The notes beneath the pieces are model-generated. The model worked only from the letters and a program-made list of their open reading frames with translations. It did no database searches and had not been told where the DNA came from. A stretch of 37,231 bases of DNA, from assembly GCA_944363815.1 (NCBI GenBank), contig CALVVI010000001.1:1-37231 (forward strand), written 5' to 3'. How positions within the stretch are numbered: position 1 is the stretch's first letter; each line of letters begins with the position of its first letter. Below, piece after piece: positions 18,376-25,682 of this stretch. A program made the translations under genes and the position numbers. The stretch comes from an uncultured Bacilli bacterium (GTDB lineage: Bacteria > Bacillota_I > Bacilli_A > RF39 > UBA660).

Positions 18376-18730
18376 AATATGTTTTTTCAGAATAAGAATG
18401 AGAATAGATTATTGGATCCATAAATTCAACATAATTTAAATAAATAATTCTTATTAAATACCAAATGTTATTAACAGGATCACGAATTATTAAGTGGTCT
18501 TTTCCTGCCTCTTCAATAATGCCTTCGTAAACTTTATTTTGCCAGGCACTACTGTCAGGATAAGATACATAGGCTTTAATTTTTTGCCCCTTGTTTAAAC
18601 GTAAAATATTTTCAATGTAACTTTGTTCCCGGGGTATGTTAGTGGTTACTTCGTTTACTGACATGTTTCCCGGAGGAGTTTGATAATTATTGCTTGGAAA
18701 TGTTGGATTTTGGTAGTAACTACCATTCAT
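18374..18730 (-). CDS. gerQ: Spore coat protein GerQ (YwdL family)
   Basis: 'EQSYIENILRLNKGQKIKAYVSY....W..KVYEGIIEEAGKDHLIIRDP....YLI.IIYLNYVEF' closely follows the conserved GerQ core as I remember it from B. subtilis (QSYIENILRLNKGK...GVIEAAGRDHII.SDP...YL....YLDYITF). ATG 18730 (GAGGTG RBS) is preferred over 18742. Confidence 0.85.
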   Translation of the reverse strand: MNGSYYQNPTFPSNNYQTPPGNMSVNEVTTNIPREQSYIENILRLNKGQKIKAYVSYPDSSAWQNKVYEGIIEEAGKDHLIIRDPVNNIWYLIRIIYLNYVEFMDPIIYSHSYSEKTY

Positions 18731-18808
18731 TTTAAAAATCACCTCAAGAAAATATATTCCGATTGCGAAAAAAATATTAATGTTTTATAATTATGATAGG
18801 TGAAGCTT

Positions 18809-19690
18809 ATGCAGAATGATAATTCAGAAACAAGGGAAGCTATTTTTCAGGGGTTATTTTTTGTAATTGGGGTTTTTTTATATGCTCTTTGCTTTAATTT
18901 GTTTTTAATTCCTAATGATTTGGTAGTTTCGGGTTTTAGTGGAGTAGCAATAGTTGTTCAAAGATTATTTGGTTGGGATGCATCAATTTTTATATATATA
19001 ATCAATGGACTTCTTCTGTTAGTATGTTTAATCTTTTTAGGATGGAAAGCTACAGTTCATAATTTAGCTGGTTCTATAATGTATCCGCTGATGATCACTT
19101 TTTCTAACCCTATTGCTCAATTTTTAGATAGATATATTATTGGAGATGATTTTTATTTAATTTTACTTTTTGCAATTATTTTATATGGTGTTAGTAGCGG
19201 TCTTATTTATCGAGCAGGTTTTTCTACTGGTGGTTCAGATATAATTATGCAAATTGTTAACAAGTATTTTAAAATTAGTGAATCTAAAGCTATGATACTT
19301 GCAAATGTATTAATAATATTAGTTGGAATGTTAGTGTTTGGATTTAATAAGGGTGTTTATTCATTTATAATACTTATTTGTTCAACATATTTTATTGATA
19401 AGATTATGTTTGGCTTACAGACAAGCAAAGTGTTTTATATATATACCAAAAGAGTTAGAAAAATAAAAAAATTGATATTAAATGATTTTCAAACTGGTTT
19501 TACTGTAATCCCTAGTCGTGGTGGTTATTCTCGCAAGAGGGGATTCATGATAATGTGTGTAGTAGCTAATCGAGATTACTATTTATTTAAACAAAAAATA
19601 TTAGAGATAGATCCACAAGCCTTTATTATAATAAATAGTTGTTATGAAGTTAATGGTGGGGTAAAAAGAAAAAGTTTACCATTTTTATAG
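18809..19690 (+). CDS. YitT family membrane protein (DUF2179 C-terminal domain)
   Basis: 5-6 TMs with 'GFSGVA' and 'STGGSD' motifs, and C-terminal 'GFTVIPSRGGYS...M.MCVV.......K..ILEIDP.AFI'. ATG 18809 (AGGTGA RBS at 18798-18803) is preferred. GTG 18800 is the alternative. Confidence 0.8.
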   Translation: MQNDNSETREAIFQGLFFVIGVFLYALCFNLFLIPNDLVVSGFSGVAIVVQRLFGWDASIFIYIINGLLLLVCLIFLGWKATVHNLAGSIMYPLMITFSNPIAQFLDRYIIGDDFYLILLFAIILYGVSSGLIYRAGFSTGGSDIIMQIVNKYFKISESKAMILANVLIILVGMLVFGFNKGVYSFIILICSTYFIDKIMFGLQTSKVFYIYTKRVRKIKKLILNDFQTGFTVIPSRGGYSRKRGFMIMCVVANRDYYLFKQKILEIDPQAFIIINSCYEVNGGVKRKSLPFL

Positions 19691-19704
19691 ACGAGTACAA
19701 GTAG

Positions 19705-19935
19705 TTACTTGTTTTTTTCTTTTAAAGATTTAGAGTATGGTTTTCTTTCATCAGTTAGTTCTAGAAGATAGTCAGTTGATGTATTGTAGTATTTGGCTAA
19801 TTTAATAAGTAAGTCGATAGGAATTTGTCTTTTGCCTATTTCATAAAAACTGTAAGCAACTTGAGATACATTGAGTATTTTGGCAACATCTGATTGGGTT
19901 AAGTCTTTATCTTCTCTTATTTCCCTTATTCTCAT
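19705..19935 (-). CDS. XRE-family helix-turn-helix transcriptional regulator
   Basis: 76 aa. 'IREIREDKDLTQSDVAKILNVSQVAYSFYEIGKRQIPIDLLIKLAKYYNTSTDYLL' is a canonical HTH_3 (Cro/C1) domain. Confidence 0.85.
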   Translation of the reverse strand: MRIREIREDKDLTQSDVAKILNVSQVAYSFYEIGKRQIPIDLLIKLAKYYNTSTDYLLELTDERKPYSKSLKEKNK

Positions 19936-19997
19936 TTAAATCACCTGCATTCATTCTAAAATAAAACAATATGTTTTAAAATAGAGGAGTGGTGCAA

Positions 19998-20165
19998 ATG
20001 AAGAAAAAAGTAATTATAGGTATAGTATCAATATTAATGGTAATAACTGGCTCTTTATTTGTTATGTTTAATAGTAGTAACAGAAGTTACGAGGTTATAA
20101 CTAATGATAAAGAAGAAAGAAAAGTGAATACTAATGCTCTTACAATGATGTATGAAACAGAATGA
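19998..20165 (+). CDS. Small (55 aa) single-TM protein, divergent from the XRE gene (below the ORF-track size cutoff)
   Basis: ATG 19998 preceded by a GGAGTGG RBS. Translation is MKKKVIIGIVSILMVITGSLFVMFNSSNRSYEVITNDKEERKVNTNALTMMYETE. A 9-bp-stem terminator follows. It may be the remnant N-terminus of a larger surface protein. Confidence 0.45.
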   Translation: MKKKVIIGIVSILMVITGSLFVMFNSSNRSYEVITNDKEERKVNTNALTMMYETE

Positions 20166-20193
20166 TATTGTAAAATTCTATATTAAATTATAA

Positions 20194-20227
20194 TCTAGTA
20201 TGAATAGTAAACATACTGGATTTTTTC
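20194..20227 (+). terminator. Rho-independent terminator after the 55-aa ORF
   Basis: Stem TCTAGTATG (20194-20202) / CATACTGGA (20212-20220), 8 Watson-Crick pairs plus 1 G-U, with a 9-nt loop, then TTTTTT (20221-20226). Confidence 0.65.
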
Positions 20228-20273
20228 TTTCTCCAACTTTACCTTTATAAGTATTTGTGCTAAACTTATTTTA

Positions 20274-21239
20274 GTGATGAATATGAAGAAAATTGTTATA
20301 TTTGGTGGAGGAAGTGGACTTTCACAACTTTTAAAAGGAATAAAATTATTTCCAGTAGAAATTACAGCTGTTGTAACTGTTGCTGATAATGGGGCAAGTA
20401 CAGGAAGGCTGCGTAAGGAAATGAAGATACCTGCAGTTGGGGATATTTCTAAGGTAATGCTTAGTATGGCTAATGTTGATCAAGACGTTATTGATTTAAT
20501 GAATTATCGATTTACTAAATCAAAGACTTTAGGAAATCATTCTGTAAAAAATTTGCTTCTTACAGCATTACTAGATTTAAAAGGTAATTTTGATAGTGCT
20601 ATTCCAATTCTTGGAAATATACTTGACTTAAAAGGAACTGTTTTGCCTTTAACAGAAGATAATGTAAATTTAGTAGGGGTTACAACTGATGGTAAAGAAA
20701 TTAAAGGAGAAGAACAAGTAACTAAATGTGCAAGTAAAATAGATTATGTAAAATATGATAAAAAGTTTACTGTTAATCCTAAAGTAATAAAGGCTGTTAA
20801 TGATGCTGATTTAATTATTTTTTCTTCTGGAAGTTTGCTTACAAGTATTACACCACATTTGGTAGATAAAGGATTAGTTGATGTAATAAATAATGCCAAA
20901 GCTGATAAGATGTATATATGTAATTTGTTTACGCAACCGGGAGAAACTGATGATTTTACAGTTAGGGATCATATAGATTTCTTAGAAAAATATTTAGGTA
21001 AAGGAAGTATAGATGTAGTAATTGCTAATAATGCAATTATGAGCAGTAAATTAGCTCGTAAGTATGCTGATGAAGAACAAAAAGATCCGGTGCTTTTAGA
21101 TATGCATGAATTAGAAGATTCGCATATTTATGTAATTGCAGATAAATTATTTACTATTGCAGATGGGGTTTATCGACATGATGCTTTAAAGACAGGATAT
21201 TTAATATTTTCTTATTTAATGGATGGTAAAAAAGCATGA
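20274..21239 (+). CDS. yvcK: YvcK/gluconeogenesis factor (UPF0052, CofD-like)
   Basis: 'KKIVIFGGGSGLSQLLKGIK', 'TAVVTVADNGASTGRLR' and 'PAVGDI' motifs. The start is ambiguous (GTG 20274, ATG 20277 or 20283) and the RBS is weak. Confidence 0.9.
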   Translation: MMNMKKIVIFGGGSGLSQLLKGIKLFPVEITAVVTVADNGASTGRLRKEMKIPAVGDISKVMLSMANVDQDVIDLMNYRFTKSKTLGNHSVKNLLLTALLDLKGNFDSAIPILGNILDLKGTVLPLTEDNVNLVGVTTDGKEIKGEEQVTKCASKIDYVKYDKKFTVNPKVIKAVNDADLIIFSSGSLLTSITPHLVDKGLVDVINNAKADKMYICNLFTQPGETDDFTVRDHIDFLEKYLGKGSIDVVIANNAIMSSKLARKYADEEQKDPVLLDMHELEDSHIYVIADKLFTIADGVYRHDALKTGYLIFSYLMDGKKA

Positions 21240-22156
21240 CATTTACAACAATGTTAAAAGAAGAAATATCTAAAAATGATTTTAATGTTGTAGAAGCTAG
21301 ATATGAATTATTAGCTTTTTTGAACTGTATTGCTAAAATAAAAAAAGATGAATTATTAATTACAGTAGAGAATGCTAGTATTGCACGAAGAATTTATAAG
21401 GAAATAAAAGAAATATATGATGTAAATCCGAAAATAACGATAAGGATGCAAAAACGTTTTAAAGTAAAGCAAATATATATATTATGCATACACGAAAAAG
21501 TTAGCTTTATTAAGGATTCTTTGATTTTAGGCACAAAAATAGATTTGGAAACACTTGTTACTGATGAAGAAAAAATAGCTTTTATTGAAGGTGCTTTTTT
21601 GGCGGTAGGTAATGTTTCTAATCCAAGTACTAGTGGATATCATTTGGAATTTATTTTTACAAAAGAGAGATTAGCTAAACAAGTATTAAATTTACTTAAT
21701 TATTTTAAATTAAATGCTAAGTTAATTAAAAGAGGATATAAAAATGTAGTATATATTAAAGCAAGCGAAAATATAAGTGATTTAATTAAACTTTTTAAAG
21801 CTACAAGTTCTTTATTTTATTTTGAAGATATTAGAATATATCGGGATCATAAAAATATGGTCAATAGATTAAATAATTGTGAGATTGCTAATCAAGAGAA
21901 GACTTTTAAAACAGGTCAAAAGCAATTGGAAGATATATATTATTTAAAGAAAGCTGGATTATTTGATTTATTAGATGAAAAAACTAAAATAGTTGCTGAT
22001 GCTAGAGAAAAATATCCTGAGTCTTCTTTTCAGGAACTCGCAGATATTATCACAACAGAAATGGATTATCGGATAGGTAAATCTGGAGTGAATCATCATT
22101 TTATTAAAATTAGTAATTTAGTTAAAAGGCATAAAGAAAATGGATTGAAGGAGTAA
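21236..22156 (+). CDS. whiA: DNA-binding protein WhiA (sporulation/cell-division regulator)
   Basis: 'FTTMLKEEISK', a degenerate LAGLIDADG-like middle ('EGAFLAVGNVSNP') and a C-terminal HTH ('FQELADII....IGKSGVNHHF.KI'). ATGA overlap with yvcK, the conserved partner. Confidence 0.9.
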   Translation: MTFTTMLKEEISKNDFNVVEARYELLAFLNCIAKIKKDELLITVENASIARRIYKEIKEIYDVNPKITIRMQKRFKVKQIYILCIHEKVSFIKDSLILGTKIDLETLVTDEEKIAFIEGAFLAVGNVSNPSTSGYHLEFIFTKERLAKQVLNLLNYFKLNAKLIKRGYKNVVYIKASENISDLIKLFKATSSLFYFEDIRIYRDHKNMVNRLNNCEIANQEKTFKTGQKQLEDIYYLKKAGLFDLLDEKTKIVADAREKYPESSFQELADIITTEMDYRIGKSGVNHHFIKISNLVKRHKENGLKE

Positions 22157-22159
22157 ATT

Positions 22160-22660
22160 ATGGAAGTAAGATTGGCAAGCGGGTTGCAAAAAGATAGCAT
22201 TGTTGATGGCAGTGGAATAAGAACTGTGATTTGGTTTCAAGGCTGCCTTCATCATTGTTATATGTGTCATAATCCTGAAACATGGGATTTAAATGGGGGA
22301 ATAGTATTTGATTTGGATGATATAAAAGAAGAGATTAAAAACTTAAAGTATCAAAGTGGTATTACTTTATCGGGAGGAGATCCTTTCTTTCAAGCAGAGT
22401 CTGCAACAGAGATTGCTAAATATGCACATGAATGCAACTTAAATGTTTGGTGTTATACTGGGTTTACTTATGAAGAATTAATTGAAGCAGATGATGATAA
22501 AAAAAATCTTTTGAAAAATGTTGATGTTTTAGTAGATGGCAGATTTGAAAACGAGAAGAAAAGTTTAGCGTGTAAGTTTCGGGGAAGTACTAATCAAAGG
22601 ATTATAGATGTACCAAAAAGTATTGAACAAGGAGATATAGTGCTTTTATATGAAGATTAA
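22160..22660 (+). CDS. nrdG: Anaerobic ribonucleoside-triphosphate reductase activating protein (radical SAM)
   Basis: 'DSIVDGSGIRTVIWFQGCLHHCYMCHNPETW' (CxxxCxxC cluster), 'TLSGGDP' and 'FRGSTNQRIIDV' are NrdG hallmarks. 166 aa. Confidence 0.9.
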   Translation: MEVRLASGLQKDSIVDGSGIRTVIWFQGCLHHCYMCHNPETWDLNGGIVFDLDDIKEEIKNLKYQSGITLSGGDPFFQAESATEIAKYAHECNLNVWCYTGFTYEELIEADDDKKNLLKNVDVLVDGRFENEKKSLACKFRGSTNQRIIDVPKSIEQGDIVLLYED

Positions 22661-23126
22661 AGAAGAATATAACTATGTTATTTTAAGTAATGAAATAAAT
22701 CGTTTGTTGTTAGCTAAATTTAGTGAATATCCTATGATTGATAGCGATATGAACTATAATGAATTAAAAATGAAATTGGAATTTCATACATCTAAAATAG
22801 TAGTTTTTAATAATACATTTTATAATTTAAGAGACGAAGAGCAAAAAGAAATACTTGATTTGTTAAAAAGACAAAATATGCATTTTATATTAATTACTAG
22901 TAATATTGAAGAAGCTTTGCTGGGAGATTATATTATAGTTTTTGATAAGAAAGGTATCTTTTTAGAAGGTTTAAAAAATGAGGTTTTAAAAGAAGAAAAG
23001 AAGCTAAAAAAAGTTGGATTTGGATTACCATTTGTAGTTGATTTATCTATTCAATTAAATTATTATGATATTTTTAAAAAAGTTTATTTTGATATGAATG
23101 AGTTGGTGAGTGATTTATGGAATTAA
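22650..23126 (+). CDS. Degenerate EcfA1-like protein: C-terminal half of an ECF-transporter ABC ATPase with all catalytic motifs lost
   Basis: 'KIVVFNNTFYNLRDEEQKEILDLLKRQNMHFILITSNIEEALLGDYIIVFDKKGIFLEG....VLKEEKKLKKVGFGLPFVVDL' aligns with the Walker-B-to-C-terminus block of EcfA (ILILDEATSMLDP.GR.E....I......T.ISITHD..E....DR.IVM..G.I...G....IF.....L...GL..PF...L). Here DE becomes NN and TH becomes TS, and there is no Walker A. It lies at the syntenic ecfA position upstream of truA. Confidence 0.6.
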   Translation: MKIKEEYNYVILSNEINRLLLAKFSEYPMIDSDMNYNELKMKLEFHTSKIVVFNNTFYNLRDEEQKEILDLLKRQNMHFILITSNIEEALLGDYIIVFDKKGIFLEGLKNEVLKEEKKLKKVGFGLPFVVDLSIQLNYYDIFKKVYFDMNELVSDLWN

Positions 23127-23674
23127 GTAGTTTAAATGGGCGAATAATAGGAGTAATAAGTGATGATTTTAAAGAATATGATTATCAAGATAAATTAGTT
23201 AAGGATTTAATTACTAAAAAGGTTGATGCTTCTTTTAAAATGGTTAAATTAGATAATTCTGTTTTAAATGAGAAATTTAGTGATTTGCCTTTAGGGGACA
23301 AAAATAAAGTTATTTTAGCTAATCAATTACATAATCAAGAAATAATATTAGTAAATTTTTCTAAGGGATTAATAAAAAAAGATTTAGATTATTTTAAGAG
23401 TTTATTTAAAAAGATTGCTAACTATGGAAAAAAAATTATTTTAGTAGAAAAAAGAATGGATTTATTTTTAAATTGTGTTGATAGAATATATGTTATTAAT
23501 GAAGATGAAATAAAATATGAAACAATTGATATTTTTGATAAAACTTTAGGTTTGTATGCTGATTATCCTAAAATAGTTGAATTTTATTTTAAAGGTATAG
23601 ATTTAGGTGTAAGGCTTGATCAGTATACAGAATTAGATGAACTTTTAAAAGCAATTTATAGGATAAAATCATGA
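23117..23674 (+). CDS. Degenerate EcfA2-like protein: ABC ATPase fold remnant without Walker A, signature, Walker B or H-loop residues
   Basis: 'FSDLPLGDKNKVILANQLHNQEIILVNFSKGLIKKDLDYFKSLFKKIANYGKKIILVEKRMDLFLNCVDRIYVINEDEI' aligns with 'LSGGQ..RVAIAG.LA..P..L.LDEPT.GLDP.G..E......L....G.T.ILVTH.M......ADR..V...G.I'. LSGGQ becomes LPLGDK, LDEP becomes VNFS and TH becomes EK. The N-terminal 'GRIIGVISDD' sits where the Walker A would be. GGTGAG RBS. ATGA overlap with truA. Confidence 0.65.
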   Translation: MELSSLNGRIIGVISDDFKEYDYQDKLVKDLITKKVDASFKMVKLDNSVLNEKFSDLPLGDKNKVILANQLHNQEIILVNFSKGLIKKDLDYFKSLFKKIANYGKKIILVEKRMDLFLNCVDRIYVINEDEIKYETIDIFDKTLGLYADYPKIVEFYFKGIDLGVRLDQYTELDELLKAIYRIKS

Positions 23675-24390
23675 GATATTTAATTGAGTTTAGTTATGAT
23701 GGGACAAAGTTTCATGGGTTTCAAAGACAAAAAGATGTAAAAAATGTTCAAGGAACTTTAGAACATGTTTTAAGTCGTGTATTAGAAAGCGATATTGTTA
23801 TTAAAGGGGCTGGGAGAACTGATGCTGGGGTACATGCCTTAGCTCAATATGCTCATTTTGATGCTGATAGAAAAATAAAAAAAGAAGATATTAATATAAT
23901 TAATAGACTTCTTGATGAAGAAATTGTAATAAAAAAATGGCAAGTTGTTAATAGTGATTTTCATGCAAGACATGATGTAAAAAGAAAAAAATACGTTTAT
24001 AAAATAAATATTGGGGACTTTGATAAAGATAAAGAAGGATATTATTATCAAATAAAACATAAGCTTGATTTCTCTTTAATGAAAAGAGTAATGAAATTAT
24101 TTGTTGGAACACATGATTTTCGCAATTTTGTAAGTGGTCCAAGGATTGATTATACAACAACTATCTATAAAACTAGAATTAAAAGAAAGGGAAATATAAT
24201 TTTATTTGAATTTGTGGGAATTGGTTTTTATAGGTATATGGTTAGACATTTAGTGGGAGCAATACTAGATGTTGGACGGGGTAAAGCAAAAATAGTTGAT
24301 GTTGAACGAATGCTTGAAAATCCATTAATTATTAAAAGTTTAAGTGTGGTTCCTGCAGATGGACTTTATTTGGTAAATATTAAGTATTAG
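23671..24390 (+). CDS. truA: tRNA pseudouridine(38-40) synthase TruA
   Basis: 'MRYLIEFSYDGTKFHGFQRQ', catalytic 'GAGRTDAGVHAL', 'GTHDF.NF' and 'F.RYMVRHLVGA' motifs. Confidence 0.93.
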   Translation: MRYLIEFSYDGTKFHGFQRQKDVKNVQGTLEHVLSRVLESDIVIKGAGRTDAGVHALAQYAHFDADRKIKKEDINIINRLLDEEIVIKKWQVVNSDFHARHDVKRKKYVYKINIGDFDKDKEGYYYQIKHKLDFSLMKRVMKLFVGTHDFRNFVSGPRIDYTTTIYKTRIKRKGNIILFEFVGIGFYRYMVRHLVGAILDVGRGKAKIVDVERMLENPLIIKSLSVVPADGLYLVNIKY

Positions 24391-24470
24391 GATGGGTATT
24401 TATGAATTTAGTTGTGTTTTTAGTGATAATTCTAAGTTTTTTTGGCCGGTAGTAGATAATAAAGGGAAAT

Positions 24471-24499
24471 TTGACTTCTAATTAATAATGTGTTAGAAT
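24471..24499 (+). promoter_or_regulatory. Strong sigma-A-type promoter for the 110-aa/88-aa cassette
   Basis: TTGACT (24471-24476), a 17-nt spacer, then TAGAAT (24494-24499) with TG two nt upstream. A GAGGGGGAGGG RBS precedes ATG 24532. Confidence 0.6.
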
Positions 24500-24531
24500 A
24501 AGCTTCATTATTTGAGGGGGAGGGAATAATA

Positions 24532-24864
24532 ATGACTGATAAGGAAATTGTTTATAAGGTTAAGAAAATTAAGAAGTATCAAGATTTATCTGCTGAGCAT
24601 AAGAAAGGTGCTAATGTAGCAACATTGTGTTTAATGTCTGCAATTGTTTGTATTTTTAGCAATGGTTATGCGGAAGATGCATTTAAAACAATAATTGGAA
24701 ACTTTTTGGCGTTAGGTTGTACTTTTACTTTGCCGTTTAGTTTAAGACTTTTGATAGATTCTTTAATTAACAAAGTAAATTGTGATTTGAAGGTTGAAGA
24801 ATTAAAAGATTCTTTGAGTGAAGCAGGAATTATTTTAAATGATTCTAGCAAAGGCAGTAGATAA
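24532..24864 (+). CDS. Hypothetical small membrane protein (two predicted TM helices)
   Basis: Excellent RBS and its own promoter. It has a Lys-rich N-terminus, hydrophobic segments 'ANVATLCLMSAIVCIF' and 'IIGNFLALGCTFTLPFSL', and a charged helical tail. I recognise no family. Confidence 0.6.
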   Translation: MTDKEIVYKVKKIKKYQDLSAEHKKGANVATLCLMSAIVCIFSNGYAEDAFKTIIGNFLALGCTFTLPFSLRLLIDSLINKVNCDLKVEELKDSLSEAGIILNDSSKGSR

Positions 24865-25130
24865 TGATAGATGTACTAGATATTGTTACTTTAGATAATG
24901 ATATTGATTATGTTGTAGGTGCTAAAACAAAAATTGATGATGTGATTTATTATTGCTTGATTAATGAAAGTAATTTAGATGATCTAATTATTTGTTCAAG
25001 TACTGATGAGGTAACTTTGAAAGAAGTAAATGATGCTGAAATAGTTAAAAAATTACTTCCAAGGTTTTATAAAAGCATTAGAGATGCTAAAATAATTGAA
25101 AAGTGTCTAAAAATGAATGAAAATGCTTAA
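24864..25130 (+). CDS. Small acidic protein, DUF1292-like pattern; paralog of the 83-aa ORF at 28674-28925
   Basis: TAATG overlap with the upstream ORF. 'DIVTLDNDIDYVV...KIDDVIYYCLI...LKEVNDAEIVKKLLPRFY' aligns by eye with 'EIIDLENNTSYLL...KIDNENYFLAV...IQKVNDPFILSKLITEYY'. The pattern resembles DUF1292/UPF0473 (I.L.DE.G.E..YE.L.....Y..L.......V.D.EE...V). This is from recollection and is unverified. Confidence 0.6.
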   Translation: MIDVLDIVTLDNDIDYVVGAKTKIDDVIYYCLINESNLDDLIICSSTDEVTLKEVNDAEIVKKLLPRFYKSIRDAKIIEKCLKMNENA

Positions 25131-25136
25131 AAGTAT

Positions 25137-25165
25137 TTGACTTTTGGCATTTTTTTTCATATAAT
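25137..25165 (+). promoter_or_regulatory. Consensus sigma-A promoter of rplM-rpsI
   Basis: TTGACT (25137-25142), exactly 17 nt, then TATAAT (25160-25165). A ~70-nt leader follows before ATG 25243 and could hold an L13-type autoregulatory leader, which I could not fold convincingly by eye. Confidence 0.7.
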
Positions 25166-25242
25166 TTTAATCGGTACATTTTATTTATGTGAGTTATTTA
25201 GTCGTGGGAAAATTAAATAAGGAACATAATGAAAGGATTAGT

Positions 25243-25674
25243 ATGAAAACATTTATGCAAAAAAAAGAAACTGTTGAAAGAAAATGGTATGTAATCGACG
25301 CTGAGGGACAAACTTTAGGGCGTCTTGCAACAAAAGCAGCTCATATTTTACGTGGTAAGCATAAAGTTACATATACTCCTCATGTTGATTGCGGAGATTA
25401 TGTAATTGTAATTAATGCGGAAAAGGTAGTTTTAACTGGTAACAAATTAGAAGATAAGAAATATTATAACCACTCTGGTTACCCAGGAGGACTAAGAGAA
25501 AGAACTGCTAAAGAAATGATTAATAAGTATCCAGAAGAAATGGTAGAAAGAGCTATTAAAGGAATGCTTCCTCATGGAAGACTAGGAAGAGCAATGGGCA
25601 AGAAATTATTTGTTTACCGTGGTAATGATCACAAACATGCTGCTCAAAAGCCAATAGCTTTGGAAGTTAAGTAG
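25243..25674 (+). CDS. rplM: 50S ribosomal protein L13
   Basis: '[59 protein letters not shown]' is canonical L13. ATG 25243 (GAAAGGA RBS) is preferred. The track start 25189 would sit in the 5' leader, only a few nt downstream of the likely transcription start. Confidence 0.95.
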   Translation: MKTFMQKKETVERKWYVIDAEGQTLGRLATKAAHILRGKHKVTYTPHVDCGDYVIVINAEKVVLTGNKLEDKKYYNHSGYPGGLRERTAKEMINKYPEEMVERAIKGMLPHGRLGRAMGKKLFVYRGNDHKHAAQKPIALEVK

Positions 25675-25682
25675 GAGGATTT

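Noticed and set aside
19705-20227. Possible prophage or ICE remnant, given the XRE repressor here plus the Abi gene (31909) and the nuclease (35344) elsewhere.
   Set aside because: The window has no integrase, recombinase, terminase, capsid, tail or relaxase gene. I see no flanking direct repeats. The tRNA-Trp has no adjacent integrase. The three genes are separated by long stretches of housekeeping genes.
24402-24452. A tiny hydrophobic ORF (MNLVVFLVIILSFFGR) in the truA-cassette intergenic region.
   Set aside because: It is 16 codons long with no convincing RBS and lies upstream of the mapped promoter. It is probably a chance ORF.
25166-25242. Possible L13 ribosomal-protein leader (autoregulatory RNA) between the rplM promoter and its start codon.
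   Set aside because: The position and length fit such a leader. However, I could not identify a convincing conserved hairpin by eye, only a short ACAT/ATGT stem. A covariance-model search (Rfam L13_leader) is needed, so I do not report it as a feature.
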